Notes: generated by a model from the sequence alone, not told the origin. A stretch of 64,000 nucleotides of DNA from the human T2T-CHM13v2.0 reference genome, Homo sapiens (GCF_009914755.1 NC_060944.1), one strand, 5' to 3'. Positions 1-13,110 are shown, numbered from the stretch's first letter. A program made the numbers and translations.

Positions 1-1589
1 TCCTGGGCAGTATATCTGCAGCAACGAAAAAGATATCTCTAGTGTCCCTGTTCAATATCCCTTTGTTCATAAATTTTGCTTTCTCCATTTTTAATTTCTA
101 CTAACAGAGAAACTGGCTCCTCAATATCTCCAATGAGACATGAGATTCAAGATTAGATGTCACTATATGCCTCAAAAGTATACAAGCAGGTAGAATACTC
201 CACCCAATCCCAATCCCTTGGGCCCATCAGTCTTGGCCAATCTCCAGGGTCTTGGCTATGGACTTTGTGTTCATTCCCATGGACAAGCCAGTCACCCAAC
301 CCCTGTGAGCAGAACTGCACAGACCACTGAAGAAGGTCACCATGAGAAGAGCTCTGTAATGTCTGTATGTAACTTATGTAGGGAGTAATCTGAATGTGGC
401 ACTCTGTAATTTTCTCTGTCTCCTTGGAATCTACCATTTCTCTCTGTAGTTCTTTCAAGGTACAGTCTGATGCAAAGAGAAGAGCCATCCCTGATTTGAG
501 CAAATCCTAAGACTAACCCCATGAACTCTGTTCCTCTTCTTACACACTTAGCCTTTTGAAAGTGAAGCCTTCTATGAGACAGAGAAGCCCAGGATACATC
601 TTCCTGCTTGAATGATTTTTAAAAGGCAGAAAAATGGGTAGGGGAGACACAAGGAATAAAAACTCTCCTTCAATCACATATGCCTATGTAGATTATTCTG
701 GTTATGAGAGCACACTTTTCACGAAAATCTCAGAGGACTTGGTGTCCTCTAAAAGGTTAAGAACCCCTGATTGAGAGAGATCTTTAGCAATGGAAATAAA
801 AATTCTGCTTCTTCAGAATAAAGTGGATGTGCATATGTCATCTCCCCTCAGATAAGTCTGATGCTAATTGCTCATTCAGGTATGAATCCTTTCCATCTGA
901 CACCACTGCTGCTTCCTGATGTACCTGCAACTTTTGTGATTTTACTACCCATGCAAACAGTCGTTTGCTGCCTCCAACAAAAGACACGAGCTATTTATTG
1001 CTTTACTTTACAGATGCTGCTGGAGATCACATTTAACAATACAAATACCACAGAATTGTCTTTGGCTGTCACAAGCTGCCAAAGTGTAGCTCAAACCAGA
1101 GCCTGATAATGTACTTTGCAAAACTCTATGCTAGTGATTTTACACACATTCCAGGCTTAATTAGACAGGGCTAAAATGGAACCTAGCTTTTAGCAGTTAC
1201 ACTCTTTTGTCGGTATCTAAACAGTAATGCTTATCTCTTGGTTTGTGACTTGTCTCACAAGTATATATAATTGCAGTATTTCATTACTGGAAACAAACTT
1301 CAACATCTACTACAGCATACAAAAATGCAGTGAGCAATTCTATTTGGGCTGAAGATGTACTACAAAATAAATGGAATCTAGTCTTACCTAAATATTCATC
1401 TTTCATTTTGGAGGAACACACACACTCACATGCACACACCACTTCTACTGCTTGCTTTGTTCTGAGTTAACTGTAGACATAGCTAAAACCTTCCAGGTTT
1501 GCATGGAGCTGTCTACCAGATGGGAAGGTGAAGGTAGGGATGGCAGTTACACTAGGACAACATTACCTGAAAAATCCTGGCAAGCCCCT

Positions 1590-1730
1590 TCACCCCTCCA
1601 TGCCTCAGTTTTCCCAGCTTTAAAATTGTGTAACAACAATTTCAGAGAGTTGTTACATGAGTTAATCAGTGTAGGGTCTTCAAACCAGAACATGCCACTA
1701 GATGTTCATTAGTAGTACTGTTATTATCTC
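1590..1730 (+). mobile_element. MIR SINE fragment
   Basis: Degenerate MIR core 'tgcctcagttttcccagctttaaaattg...gagttgttacatgagttaa'. Confidence 0.55.
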
Positions 1731-2953
1731 ACAAGTGAGCATAAGAATATCACCTTGAACATGAGAGGGCTTCTCTGAAGTCAGACGGGTTAGTGCACAT
1801 GCAGCATTTAGAAGTATTTCCACACGTGTGAAAACGGTGCAACTGCTAACTGTTGCTATTTCATCTCCTGGAGGCATTATTGTAAAGACAGTGTTCAAAA
1901 TGCACCTGTTGTATTCAGTGAACCTCCACTATCAATTTTGTGGACTTATGTGCATTTTGGGCCTTTTTGTTACAAGGCCAAATATTGTGCAGGGTGAAGA
2001 GGCCAAGGATGGAAATTAGGACAAAGGAAAAGGGAGAAGAGAAAGAAAAAGAAATCGATACAAGAGGCACTTACTGAACTATTTTGTGACTGATTAGCAA
2101 GGATAGCTTCTTCTGCGTTCTGTTTTCTTCCTTCAGGGAATTTTCCATCATTTTAGGCTGGTTTAAACTGTGTCCAATCACTATAACCAAGCTTTATAAA
2201 GAGATAGGAGATTCTCTTTTTATTATTTTTGGCCAGTGATGTTCCAGCTTAAACTAATTACCAGGAGGCCCAAGGTGCTCATTCACTCACTGTTATATGA
2301 AACTGTAACACTTTTGCTTTTAATTGGGAAAAAATTTAAAATGTCTGGATTTGAAAAAGAAATGCTTCTAGCTGGTACCCATCTATACCTGTAGTCATAA
2401 TGATGATGGCAATAACAGCAATGCAATCCAGGCATCACTTGGGGTCCCACATCTCTCAAGATCTGAGCAGGGTTGCTCCCAATCCCAATGTCACAGCCTA
2501 ACGGAGCCTTCGGGAGTCCTAGTCTCATCCACATGACTGCTAATGCCCATGTGATTCTGCTCTCAGCCTCCCACTCTAAACCTTATATGTACAACCTTTG
2601 GTGAACCCGGAAGTTCCATGAAGCATATGGCTCCACCTAGGGCTTTGACCTTCCTCTCCTCTTTCCATCTCTTATTTTCCTCTCTCACTCTCAAGAGCTA
2701 GCATTTTCTCTCATCTCATGCTAGGAGATATTACTCCCTTCTTGACAGATTTGGTGTCAGCCAAAATCCACGTTCTGGCAATAGATGCAACTAAGAGAAC
2801 AAAAGTATCCTTAATGTATTACATTCTTTACGTTATTATTATTAAGATTTTCAAGTTTTTGTCTAACCATCTTATTTAAAGCTTCCATTTTATGGTTTAA
2901 TGATACCATTAACTAGGTGTAATCACTATTATCATCCTCACTAATCTTGATAC

Positions 2954-3159
2954 CAGTAATTCTCAACTGGGGGCAATTTTTCCCCTCCCCTACCCCTCTT
3001 GCAACATTTGGCAATGTCTGGAGACATTTTTGGTGGTCACAGATTGGGGGCGGGAGATGCTTTAAGGGGTAGAGGCCAGGAATGCCGCTAAACATCCTAC
3101 AATGCATAGGATGGTCTCCCAGCTCCAAAAGTCAATAGTGCCAAGGCTGAGTAACCTTG
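2954..3159 (+). mobile_element. MER20 (hAT-Charlie) non-autonomous DNA transposon
   Basis: 'cagtaattctcaactggggg...catttggcaatgtctggagacattttt...gctaaacatcctacaatgca...gctgagtaaccttg'; decayed 8-bp TSD cttgatac/ctttatgc. Confidence 0.9.
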
Positions 3160-3294
3160 CTTTATGCCTATTGTGAAACTCAGCCTTAGGTTAGCCAAGT
3201 CATCCAAGGATACAAGTATGAAAGGGCAGAGGTGAGGTTCTACTGGTTCCAATGGCTTTCCAAATCCAGGCTCTCATCTATGACATAAGCTACC

Positions 3295-3790
3295 TGTCTT
3301 AGTTATATATCACTAAGCAGCAATATTACCAGAAACCTACAAGCTTAAAACAACATCCTGTGCACAGCTTACCAAGGTACTCAGAGTCTCACAAGGCTGT
3401 AATTCAGGTGTCAACTGGGGCTGTGGTCCCATCTAAGGCTGGGATAGGGGAAGATTAGCTTCCACGATTAATTAGTTTGTTATCAGAATTTATTTTCTTG
3501 CCACTATAGGACCAAAGTCCACAGTTGCTGCTGCCCCAGCTCCTTGAGGCTTTCCACGATTCCTTGCCACAAGGGGCTCCCCAACATGACCACTTGCCTC
3601 CCCAAAGCTAGTAAGGGACAGACTCCAGTATGATGTCATGTAATCATGTACATTCCCAACATCTTTGCTGCATTCTACATGTAAGAAGCAAGTCACAATC
3701 CCCCCTACACTTAATAGAAGGAGATCACACAAGCTCATGAACACCAGGAGGTGGGGATGGAACCATCATAAAAACCTTTCCACTGCACTG
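3295..3790 (-). mobile_element. MLT1 (MLT1E/F-like) ERVL-MaLR solo LTR
   Basis: 'gcttaaaacaac...tctcacaaggctgtaattcaggtgtc...agaagcaagtcaca...catgaacaccaggaggtgggga' matches the reverse of MLT1 LTRs. Confidence 0.7.
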
Positions 3791-4539
3791 TTAATGGTAT
3801 CACTACCTTGAAGATAGTTTCCTTCCAGTGTAGCAATTTCAAGAACTGTATCCTCACAAATGTGTATGTATCCATCCATTTTTACAGACCTCGACGAATA
3901 TGTACAGAAAGCCTACTGTAAGCGTGAAGACCCTGTGCTGAGGGAGGTGAGCATTCCTGATACTGACTTAAGGTAAACGCTGCAAACATAGTTCTGGAAG
4001 TCAGCTTGATGAGACCGTTGGACCACTGCACGGAATCCATACCCCCTGCTATAGTGTGAAGATGATGATCAACAGAGCCCTTTAAAAAACAAAAGAATGC
4101 AGACCGTCTCATGAAAGAAAAACAAATTTGGTACCTTGTTTAACTTTGAATGGCACACAACTGATTCCTTCCTCTAACCCCTTCTTCTGTCTGTTCTTGT
4201 CCTGTTCTTCCCCGTAGTTACCTTTATTTATCCTTCCATTCTATTTATTACTTTTCCCACCCAAGCCCTTGCTGGACACTCATGAGGGCTTTCAGGCATA
4301 GAGAGGTCAGAAAATTCAGAATGAAAATGCTACAATTATTCCAATAATTGTCACATATATTAATTGGAGCTTTTGGGTGCAAACAACAGAAATGAATTCT
4401 GACAAAGTTAAACAAATAGGGAACAAAGGAAAAGGTATGTGATGGCTCAAATAGTTGAAGAAGCCAGTGTTAGAAAGAGTAGAAACCTGAGAAACCCACA
4501 GCTTCAGGTAGGAGTTGATTGACTGCTTTCTAATGGCTG

Positions 4540-5266
4540 TGAACACAGTGCCTGATACGTATTTTTTCAACCTTGCCTCCCCTTTCCTTCCCTTCCTTTA
4601 GAATTCCTAGTGTCTTTTTTTTTTTTTTTAAGATGGGTTTTGCCATGTTGTCCAGGCTGGTCTCAAACTCCTGAGCTTAAGCAATCCATCCACCTCGGCC
4701 TCCCAAACTGCTGGGATTACAGGCATAATCCACCGTGCCCGACCTCCAGTGTCTATTTTTCCTACCTCTGTGCCTAGGTATATCGATTGTTTTGCTCCCA
4801 CTTACTAGTGAAAATATGTGGGTTTTGCTTTTCTGTTTCTGCATTGAAGCATATAAGAAAATAGCATCTAGCTGCATCCGTGTTGCTGCAAAGGACGTTA
4901 TTTCATTCTTGTTTATGGCTGTGTTGTATTCTGTGGTGTATATGTGCATTTTCTTTATCCAATCCACTGATGAGCATCTAGGTCGATTCCATGTTTTTGC
5001 TATTGTGAACAGTGCTGTGATAAACATACTACTGCAGGTGTCTTTTTGTTAGAACAATTTATTTTCTTTTGGGTATATACCCAATAACGGGACTGTTGGG
5101 TTGAATGGTAATTCTATTTTTAGTTCTTTAAGAAATCCTCAAACCACTTTTTTTTTTTTACAAGGGCTGAACTAATTTAAATTTCCACCAACAGTGTTCA
5201 AGTGTTCCTTTTTCTTGACCTCGCCAACATCTGTTGTTTTTTAACGTTTTAATAGTAGCCATTTTG
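4540..5266 (-). mobile_element. L1 3' end (L1PA16/L1PB-like), interrupted by a FLAM
   Basis: Minus ORF 4677-5027 reads as the ORF2 C-terminus ([14 protein letters not shown]...); 3'UTR continues left of the FLAM. Confidence 0.85.
4615..4744 (-). mobile_element. FLAM-C / AluJ left monomer
   Basis: PolyT plus a single Alu left arm; flanking repeat agtgtct at 4609 and 4748. Confidence 0.85.
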
Positions 5267-5338
5267 AAAGGACACCCTATTCAATAAATAGTACTGGGGA
5301 AACTGATTAACCAAATGCAGAGGAATGAAACTGGATCC
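5267..5338 (+). mobile_element. Inverted L1 ORF2 fragment (KD-LFNK...KLD region)
   Basis: 'aaggacaccctattcaataaatagtactggggaaactg...aaactggatcc' abuts the minus-strand L1. Confidence 0.75.
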
Positions 5339-5364
5339 AGTTCAACTCTTTCTTGGGGCTAAGA

Positions 5365-5575
5365 GCAGTGGTTTGGGTACTCATGCCAGAGACATGGTTC
5401 TGAGGTTCTGCTCAACTGCTTAAAGGGTGCGTGACCTTGTGTAATTCATTAAGTCACTCGGTGTCCTAATCTGCAACATGGGGATGGAAATAACCTCCCA
5501 TATTCATAGAGCTGTTGAGAGAATTAAATAAGTAGCCTGATACGTTGTAAGTATTCAACATTCAATATATGTTAG
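5365..5575 (+). mobile_element. MIR fragment
   Basis: 'gtgaccttgtgtaattc...atctgcaacatggggatgg...gctgttgagagaattaaata'. Confidence 0.6.
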
Positions 5576-5676
5576 AAATGTCTCTTTCTTTTCTCTTTTA
5601 CCGGATGTTTACCTTCAATTCGTGTACTAGTTTTGGTTTTGGCTTTCATATTCTCACACAGATTTTTCAAAGCACC

Positions 5677-5837
5677 CAAGGGTAGCTTCAAGAGTATGTG
5701 ACCCACAAGTCATTCGGGGCTCCATGCTCAGAAGCACCCCTCGTTTGGTTTAATGCCCTGCTATTACTATCTTGAAATTCTGAATTTTTTTAAGGGGCTT
5801 CACATTTTCAGTTTTGCTTTTCATTATTTTACACAGC
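5677..5837 (+). mobile_element. MER91A (hAT-Tip100) DNA transposon
   Basis: 'gctcagaag...ttggtttaatgccctgct...tcttgaaattct...aaggggcttcacattttca'. Confidence 0.7.
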
Positions 5838-6237
5838 TATATTAGGTCGTCCTTTCATTACTATAAAGAGATGCCTAAAACTGGGTAATTGATAAGGTAA
5901 AGAAGTTTAATGGGCTCGCTGTTCTGCAGGCTGTGCAGGATGCATGGTGCTTCTGGTGAGGCCTTAGGAAGCTTACAATTATGGCGGAAGGTGGCAGGGA
6001 GCAGGCACGTCACATGGCAAGTGGGAGCAGGAGAAAGCGAGTGGGGAGGTGCCACACTCTTTTAACAATTAGATCTCACTTGAACTCAGTACCACTCATT
6101 ACTGTGGGTAGGGCAGGAAGCCATTCATGAAGAGTCCACACCCGATGACCCAAACACCTCCCACCACGCCCCACCTCCAACACTGGGGATTACATTTCAA
6201 CATGAGATTTGGAGGGGCAAACACTAAAGCCATATCA
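5838..6237 (-). mobile_element. MSTA/MSTB ERVL-MaLR solo LTR
   Basis: 'ctataaagagatgcct...gaggccttaggaagcttacaattatggcggaagg...ggggattacatttcaacatgagatttgg...ccatatca'. Confidence 0.9.
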
Positions 6238-6250
6238 AAACCTATGCTCT

Positions 6251-6544
6251 GGTCGGGTGCGGTGGCTCATGCTTGTAATCCCAGCACTCTGGGAGGCCAA
6301 GGAGCCGGATCACTTGAGGTCAGGAGATGGAGACCAGTCTAGTCAACACGGTGAAACCCTGTCTCTACTAAAAATACAAAAATTAGCCGGGCGTCGTGGT
6401 GGGCGCCTGTGACCCAAGCTACTCAGGAGGCTGAGGCACGAGAATTGCTTGAACTCGGGAGGTGGGGGTTGGGTGTAGTGAGCCGAGGTCGCACCACTGC
6501 ACTCTCCAGCCTCCAGCCTGGGCGACAGAGCAAGAATTCATCTC

Positions 6545-6572
<28 letters not shown>
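6251..6572 (+). mobile_element. AluS (Sx/Sz-like), full length
   Basis: Dimeric Alu with polyA; TSD aaaacctatgctct (6237-6250) / aaaagctatgct ct (6569-6582). Confidence 0.95.
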
Positions 6573-6576
<4 letters not shown>

Positions 6577-8671
6577 TGCTCTCAACAGTTGTCAATCAAT
6601 CCCCAAGGTGCAGCTATTTCCTAACACTTGTAGCATTGTGATTGACAGGATACATTTTTGGAGAGTGGAGACATCCCAGGACTGAAGACACAAGCCTCCT
6701 GTCCAGCTCTAAGCAATGCAGCAATGCAAGGACAGCGTACAGTACAAGTTTGGAAAAGTTTCTCTTTCTCTGGAACTGCGGGCAGAGAAGGGATCTCAGA
6801 TCAACCTCAGGTCAGCAGCATAGTTACAGCAAACCTCCATTTCACTTTGTTTAGAGAGGTTACAGATAAAGTACGTTTTCGTTGTTTTATATTGTATTGT
6901 TTCGTTTTGTTACCCAATTTAGATCTTGCTTTTTTATTAATGCTGCTTGATCACAACCTGTGGTAATTAACCAACCCTTTGGATGGGGCTTAATTTTAAT
7001 TAAACAATGCTCCAATTCTTAATAGGCTAAATGTTTGTTTCTTCTCCAACTCTTATCACAAGGTAATTTTGTAGTACTTCATAGATTTTCTGAGAAATTG
7101 CTTTATCAATTTTTCCCTGCAGCTGTACACTGAATCTGACTTGTATTGCTAGCTGTTGCTTTAAATTAATTTTCTAAATTTCCAGTTCTTTCTATTTGGC
7201 TAGTTAGTCCTTACATTAAATTTCTTCACCTTCTGATTAACAATTAACAGTACTTATGGCTGTTCTATGGCTATAAAATTGGCCTTGCTGGGTTCCACAT
7301 TTATCTTGCTTTAATGATCAAATTTGTTTGGTGTAAGATTTTTTTTCCTCGACATCAGCTTTTTATATTCTGGGATCTACAACTCAAGCTGTGTCCCTTT
7401 AGCCTCTTACATCATCACCAGCAATAAAGATTTTACTGTCAGGACTTGGCTGACAAATTTGCAGGCTCTTTATTACTGGTGATGATGGACTATAAGAAGC
7501 AGAAAAAACACAGCTTGAATCTCATTCCCAGCTTGAATTTGCAAGGCTGGCATTTAGAAAAATTATGTTGTGATTTCACAAACCAAGAAAATTTGAAGAC
7601 GCAAGTCAGAGAATTAATAAAAAACTTTCCCCCATCTTCTTCTGAAATGGCTTTGGTGAAGTCATTGCACAGTGTGGATTTGGTCAAGTCTCCACCAACA
7701 AAATTGAATGTTTACATAATTCACGTGACTTCCTCTTACTTCAAGTACCTGTGTAACTTCAGCTAGAGGCACTTGAAGGACTGAACTACCTTGCTCTAGG
7801 GCAAGACATTTTCCTGTTGTGTTCTAAGGGTACACCAGAAAAATCATGCGTCAATGGAAACCTAAGCATTGTGTAGCCCAGAGAATTATCTATTCTATGG
7901 GAGCTATTTTACAACTCTGTAAATGACAGATAACTAATAGCAAAGCAAAATAATTCTTGTCTATAGACATCCAAATTCTGCCCTGTTCAGCAGTTCAATT
8001 GACTTCCTTCTGCCAGTGTGGAAGGAGCTGATTTTGCCTCCATTTGCACATTTGTTTCAACATTCCTTTATTTCATATTTCTCCTTTGCACCAGTTATAA
8101 GATCCACTTGGTTTCCTCGTTGATTGAGTTAAAATATCTAACACATGTTCATTTTATCTGAGTCATAATTTACTTTTCTTAAAATTATATGTTAACAATA
8201 TCTAATCGCTGTACATAAACTATAAAATTATCGTTTGATAAAGTAATAAGGTAAAGTACTGCTAGGAAGTAGTTGAAGCCCACGTTTGAGAATCACTACA
8301 CGTGGTTTCTAATGCCAGATTTGTTCTTTGCTATCTCGGCAAATTTAAATGCTTCTAATTTCATTACCTCATATATAAAATGTAAGTAATAATACCTGCT
8401 TTGTGGGTGAATGAAATAATACAAATTACTACATACTTTGATTAGTCAGTATTTGTTATTATGTTTATAATATTAATTATCCTTATTGATGCATTATTTA
8501 AACATAATCAAAATGAACTTGTTAATTGCTTAAGAATTCCAATTGAAATATTGTTACTGTACTCTTGAGCTTCTAATATAGTGCATCCCAACCCTTCAAA
8601 AAGGAGTGATTTTGTTTCATAAGTGTCTTAAGACTTACAAACTTTCTGAGCCATTTTAATTATTTACCTGC

Positions 8672-8936
8672 ATAGTGTGTATATATATATACAAATATAC
8701 ACACACACACGTAGTGTGTATATATTTCATATACACACACACACGCGTAGTGTGTATATATTTCATATACACACACCACGCGTAGTGTGTATATATTTCA
8801 TATACACACACACACGCGTAGTGTGTATATATTTCATATACACACACACACGCGTAGTGTGTATATATTTCATATACACACACACACGCGTAGTGTGTAT
8901 ATATTTCATATATACACACACACGCGTAGTGTGTAT

Positions 8937-8987
<51 letters not shown>
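8672..8987. repeat. 36-bp minisatellite (~7 copies plus one degenerate copy) ending in (TA)n
   Basis: Unit gtagtgtgtatatatttcatatacacacacacacgc starts at 8711, 8747, 8782, 8818, 8854, 8890, 8926; (TA)n at ~8945-8986. Confidence 0.95.
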
Positions 8988-8991
<4 letters not shown>

Positions 8992-9274
8992 CCAGATCAG
9001 ACCAAGTTTCTGCCCTTCTGTTTCTGAGAAAGTAACAAGAATCTAAATGCATATTGTCGGCAAACTCAGCTGTGACTAGGATCCTGGCAGGAGAGGAAAG
9101 CACAAAGGAAGACTGCTCCAGTGACACTGATTCAGCTCCTGCCTGAAGCACCGCTTTCTGGCTGTGTGGCCAAAGCCACATGAAAAAAGAAAAGGGAGGT
9201 CCCAAAACCTCACCCACAGTGTGGACACTGCTGTATTTCAGCAATATGGATTGAGAGCCTCAGGGTCATTCATG

Positions 9275-9578
9275 TATCCTTTGAAGCTGGCATTACACTT
9301 TTGGGAAAAGATCCTGAAAAAAAAAATCAGAGATATATATAGAGACTTAGGTACAAAGGTATTTACCACAGGACAATTTCTGACAGTGAAAAATTAGAGA
9401 TAACCTTAATACCCTAAACAAATAAACAAAGATCCTTCCTCCTTATGATGGAATATTAGTTAGCTATCATAAGCCAGGTTTTTCAAAACTGTTAATAAAA
9501 TTCTCAAAATGTTAAATGTAAAAAACAAACATAAACATAAAATTACATAGTCTATGCCTCCTATTTTGTAACAGTTCT

Positions 9579-9617
<39 letters not shown>

Positions 9618-9820
9618 CAGTAGCAAACACACACCAATATGTTCATAATGCACAGAATGAAAAGCTAGAGGAAACAGGCCAAAATATTCACAATTATTAA
9701 GTAATTATTTCTGGGTACTAAGATTGTGGAGATAGTTCCATTTTTCCTTAGGTTATTATGAATGGTCCGAACTTTAAACAGTGAGCATGTGTTACTATTA
9801 CAGTTAATAAAAAAAAAAAG
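9275..9820 (+). mobile_element. Old L1M (L1ME-like) ORF2-end/3'UTR fragment containing (CA)n at 9581-9615
   Basis: Degenerate 'ttacacttttgggaaaagatcctga...ggtacaaaggtatttaccacagg...aaaattagagataacctta'. Confidence 0.55.
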
Positions 9821-12085
9821 TTATTTAAAAAACAAGAACCTGCAGGCCATATTAATAACTGTATTTAAAGCCTATGGAAGTTACCACTGGTAGCTGAGGA
9901 CATCATGCAGAAAGAACAGGAGAAGGAGAATGGTTGTTGCCTTCACCACGAAAGCCCCAATGTGCTACCTCTACCAGCCACATTGTCAATAACAGTTGGC
10001 TTTTTTTTTTTTTTTTTTTGCCAGGGACCAATTTCGGGCAGAAGACTTAAATTAGGTAAATATAGATTCTGTTACACTCTATTGTTTTGTTTGCATAGCC
10101 AGCAGTCTACGTTGTTTCTAGAGGACTCTAGAGGACCTTAATGTGTTTCTACCTCAAGGTGACCTCTGAAGAGTTACCCTTTAGTAGAAAGAAGTACAAT
10201 GGTCACCAAAAATGGTCATTCCACAACCATCAAAACAATATTAGACAACTTTGGATTCATATTTTAGTCTTATTCCTGATTTCGGACAACTCTGATGTTA
10301 ACAGCTTTTAGAAGTTTTAGATGTTTGCTTTATTTTCTTTCATACCATTACCAATAATTCATTATCAGATAACTAAAATTTGCACATTTTAAGGGATTAA
10401 CACAGTAAATTTAAAATTTTCATTAAGCTGCCCCACTGCTAAAATGTACAACTTGATTATATACAAAATAATTTCAATTAAGAAGGTAATACATTTTTGC
10501 TGTGGTAACAGAAAGCATTTGGAAATAAATTACCTATGTTTATCACTAGCAGCAAGTTAAGCTATTATGTATTCAGAAACGAACAAAAATAAAGCTTATT
10601 TTATATATACATATATATACACACACACATATATCCTTTTAGAAAGTTATTTTATTTATGCAAATGAAAATACCCCTGTGGTTGACAACTGTAATTAAGG
10701 TTTCTCTCTAGCTTTCAGAAAAATAGTGTTTCCCTCTCTTCCCGCAAAGTAGTTCATCCAATTGGTACACCTAATTGAACCTGAAATTTCATACGTTCCA
10801 CAAGATCATGTTAATCTCATCATTTTCTTCATCTCTTAGCTTGGTTAAAGGCAAAGAGTTATTGAGAGAAGCTGTGATTGGCATGTCTTCTGCTGATCAA
10901 TTGCAATTTCCTCTCCTTGTAAACTCTATTTAGTGTTACAAAAACAATTCAAAGGCAGAGATTGTAGGTGCCAGGCTTTTCCTCTGACCTTTAAATCAAA
11001 TTTAGAATTTCACAGGGTAGTATGCCTTCAAGCAAAATCTGTCGGCTTAATAAAGTGGAAATTTTCTGCAATAAATCTGCAATAAATTTCTACCATTCAC
11101 AAAGAAAGGTAAGCTTTACTTATTGCTGAATAGTTCTGAACAAGGGCGCAAGCTTCTTGGGTGAGATAAAAACAAGTGCTGTTAAACGTAAGAACAACTC
11201 AAAATAATGAAAGAAAAAGGGTGAGTGTCATAAATATAATGAGAAAACAAAAGAAACACAGAGAAGAAAAACAGGATAGAGGAAAAAAAATGACAGAATT
11301 ACGAAGAGGCAAGACTAAGACATGAACAAAGGGGAAACAAAGAAGGGACACAAGGAAAAATAGATGATTAATTTTTGTCTCATTTTGCCAATAAGTACAA
11401 GATCATTACAATCATAAGATCTCCTGTGTAGGATACATAAAATCACTGTTTTGGGGGTGGTGAACCACAACTGTACTCTAATCCCTGCTGAGTCTCCATA
11501 TGTGTTTGTTATAGCACCAAATGATCTAATGGCTTATTCTATTTTCCAAACAAGTAAATGCCAAGTATTTGCTAAGGAAACTAAGGTCAAATATATACAT
11601 TTCTTTTCTCTATTTTCTAAAGGAAATCCTACTAATTCCCACTGGCAGAGGACCACATACATATAAGAGACCAATAGATATACCCATTCGCAAAGAAGCT
11701 GGTAACAAATCGACAAACAAATTAAAAAACCCAAAACATCAGAGATAAACTGTCACACAATTAAAGTAAAATACTCTCCAATGCAAGACCTCTTCCTAGA
11801 CGAAGATTGTTTCGCTTCCCGATATTTTTAAAACATTGAATTAGCTGCCAATACACAAAAACAGAGAAACTCATAGTTTTAAAAATCCAGATTTCTCAGC
11901 TCCTCAAAAAATCAGAAACTCTAGCAGCATTCCTATGTATTGATTATTAACTGGAGCATAAGCTGCTATTGCCACAGACCCCCACATTACCCACTGCCGT
12001 CCTTGCACCCACTCATTTGGATTATTTGCTTGAGCACTGCTGTTGGTGAAATTTATAACTCTTACTATTAAGATGATTCAGCTCA

Positions 12086-12550
12086 GTATTAGTTTCCTAA
12101 TGCTGCTATAACAAATACCGCAAACATAGTGCCATCTAACTATACAGATTTATCATCTTACAGTTCTGAAGGTCAGAAGTTCAAAACGGATCTTACAGGG
12201 CTAAAATCACAGTGTTGGCAGAACAGTGTGATTTCTAGAGGGTCTCAGGTAAAATCCGTTTCCTTGCCTTTTCTGGCTTATGGAGGCCACCTGCATTCTC
12301 TGCATGCTCATGTCCCCCTCCTCAATCTTCAAAATCAGCTGTGTAGCATCTTCCATGTCTCTTTCCCTCTGACATTCCCGCCTTCGTCTTATAAAGACCC
12401 TTGTGATTACACACCCGGATACTACAGGATCATCAATCCTTCTTGTGCTCTTTAACTTCATCTGCAAAGGCTTTTTCACCACCACATATGCACAGGTTCC
12501 AGAAATTAGAACCTGGACATCTTTGAGGGGCCATTTATCAGCGTGCCACA
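12086..12550 (-). mobile_element. MLT1D-like MaLR solo LTR
   Basis: 'gtattagtttcctaatgctgctataacaaatacc...cagttctgaaggtcagaagt...aaagacccttgtgattaca...ggacatctttgagggg...gccaca'. Confidence 0.85.
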
Positions 12551-12919
12551 GGCTCCATCCTCAAAAGAACAAAGAACCTTCAAGCCATAACAGGTTGAAG
12601 ATACTGGCTCACACATTCAGGAAAACCAAGACAAATAACAAGGCAAACATTGTAAAGGCATATCTCAGACATAGAAGCATAAAGAGGTTAGAACACAGGT
12701 TTTTCTTGATGCTTCCTCCATTTTACTATACCAGTTCTCTCTTAAAATGTATTTCAACACAATGTTTTCTTCAAATTGCAGCATTCTTCACATTGAGAAC
12801 AAGTTTTCACACCAAGTCATTTGCCTATCAGTGGAAGATGCATGAAACCATCTTTGTTACCTCTACCCTCTTCTACCTTCTACGTTTCTACTGATTACAA
12901 TTAATTAGCCCCTTTTTGG

Positions 12920-13110
12920 ACACCAATGTTGTCCTAGGCATTATGCAAAGTGCTGTCCAACTTTACAGGGCTCATTTCTTCTAATCTTCACAGCAGGAGA
13001 TTTATCTTACAGATGATATTTAAGCCCCAAAACAGCTCATTGACTTGTCCAAACCCATACAGTTATTAAATACAGTATGGCTTGACCTTGGAAGTCAGAT
13101 CCTCTTGGTC
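12920..13110 (-). mobile_element. MIR fragment
   Basis: 'ctaatcttcacagc...tcttacagatga...gacttgtccaaacccatacag'. Confidence 0.55.

Noticed and set aside
153-503. 116-aa minus-strand ORF
   Set aside because: Non-ATG start, no recognisable domain, no supporting gene structure
8656-9027. ORFs with 12-aa repeats, and a CRISPR-like look of the array
   Set aside because: Translation of a minisatellite; the repeats have no unique spacers and there are no cas genes
11800-11935. Possible hAT-Tip100 (MER115-like) remnant
   Set aside because: Only a short motif is recognisable; too weak to call without an alignment
12403-12894. 163-aa ORF
   Set aside because: Begins inside an MLT1 LTR with a non-ATG start; no recognisable motif
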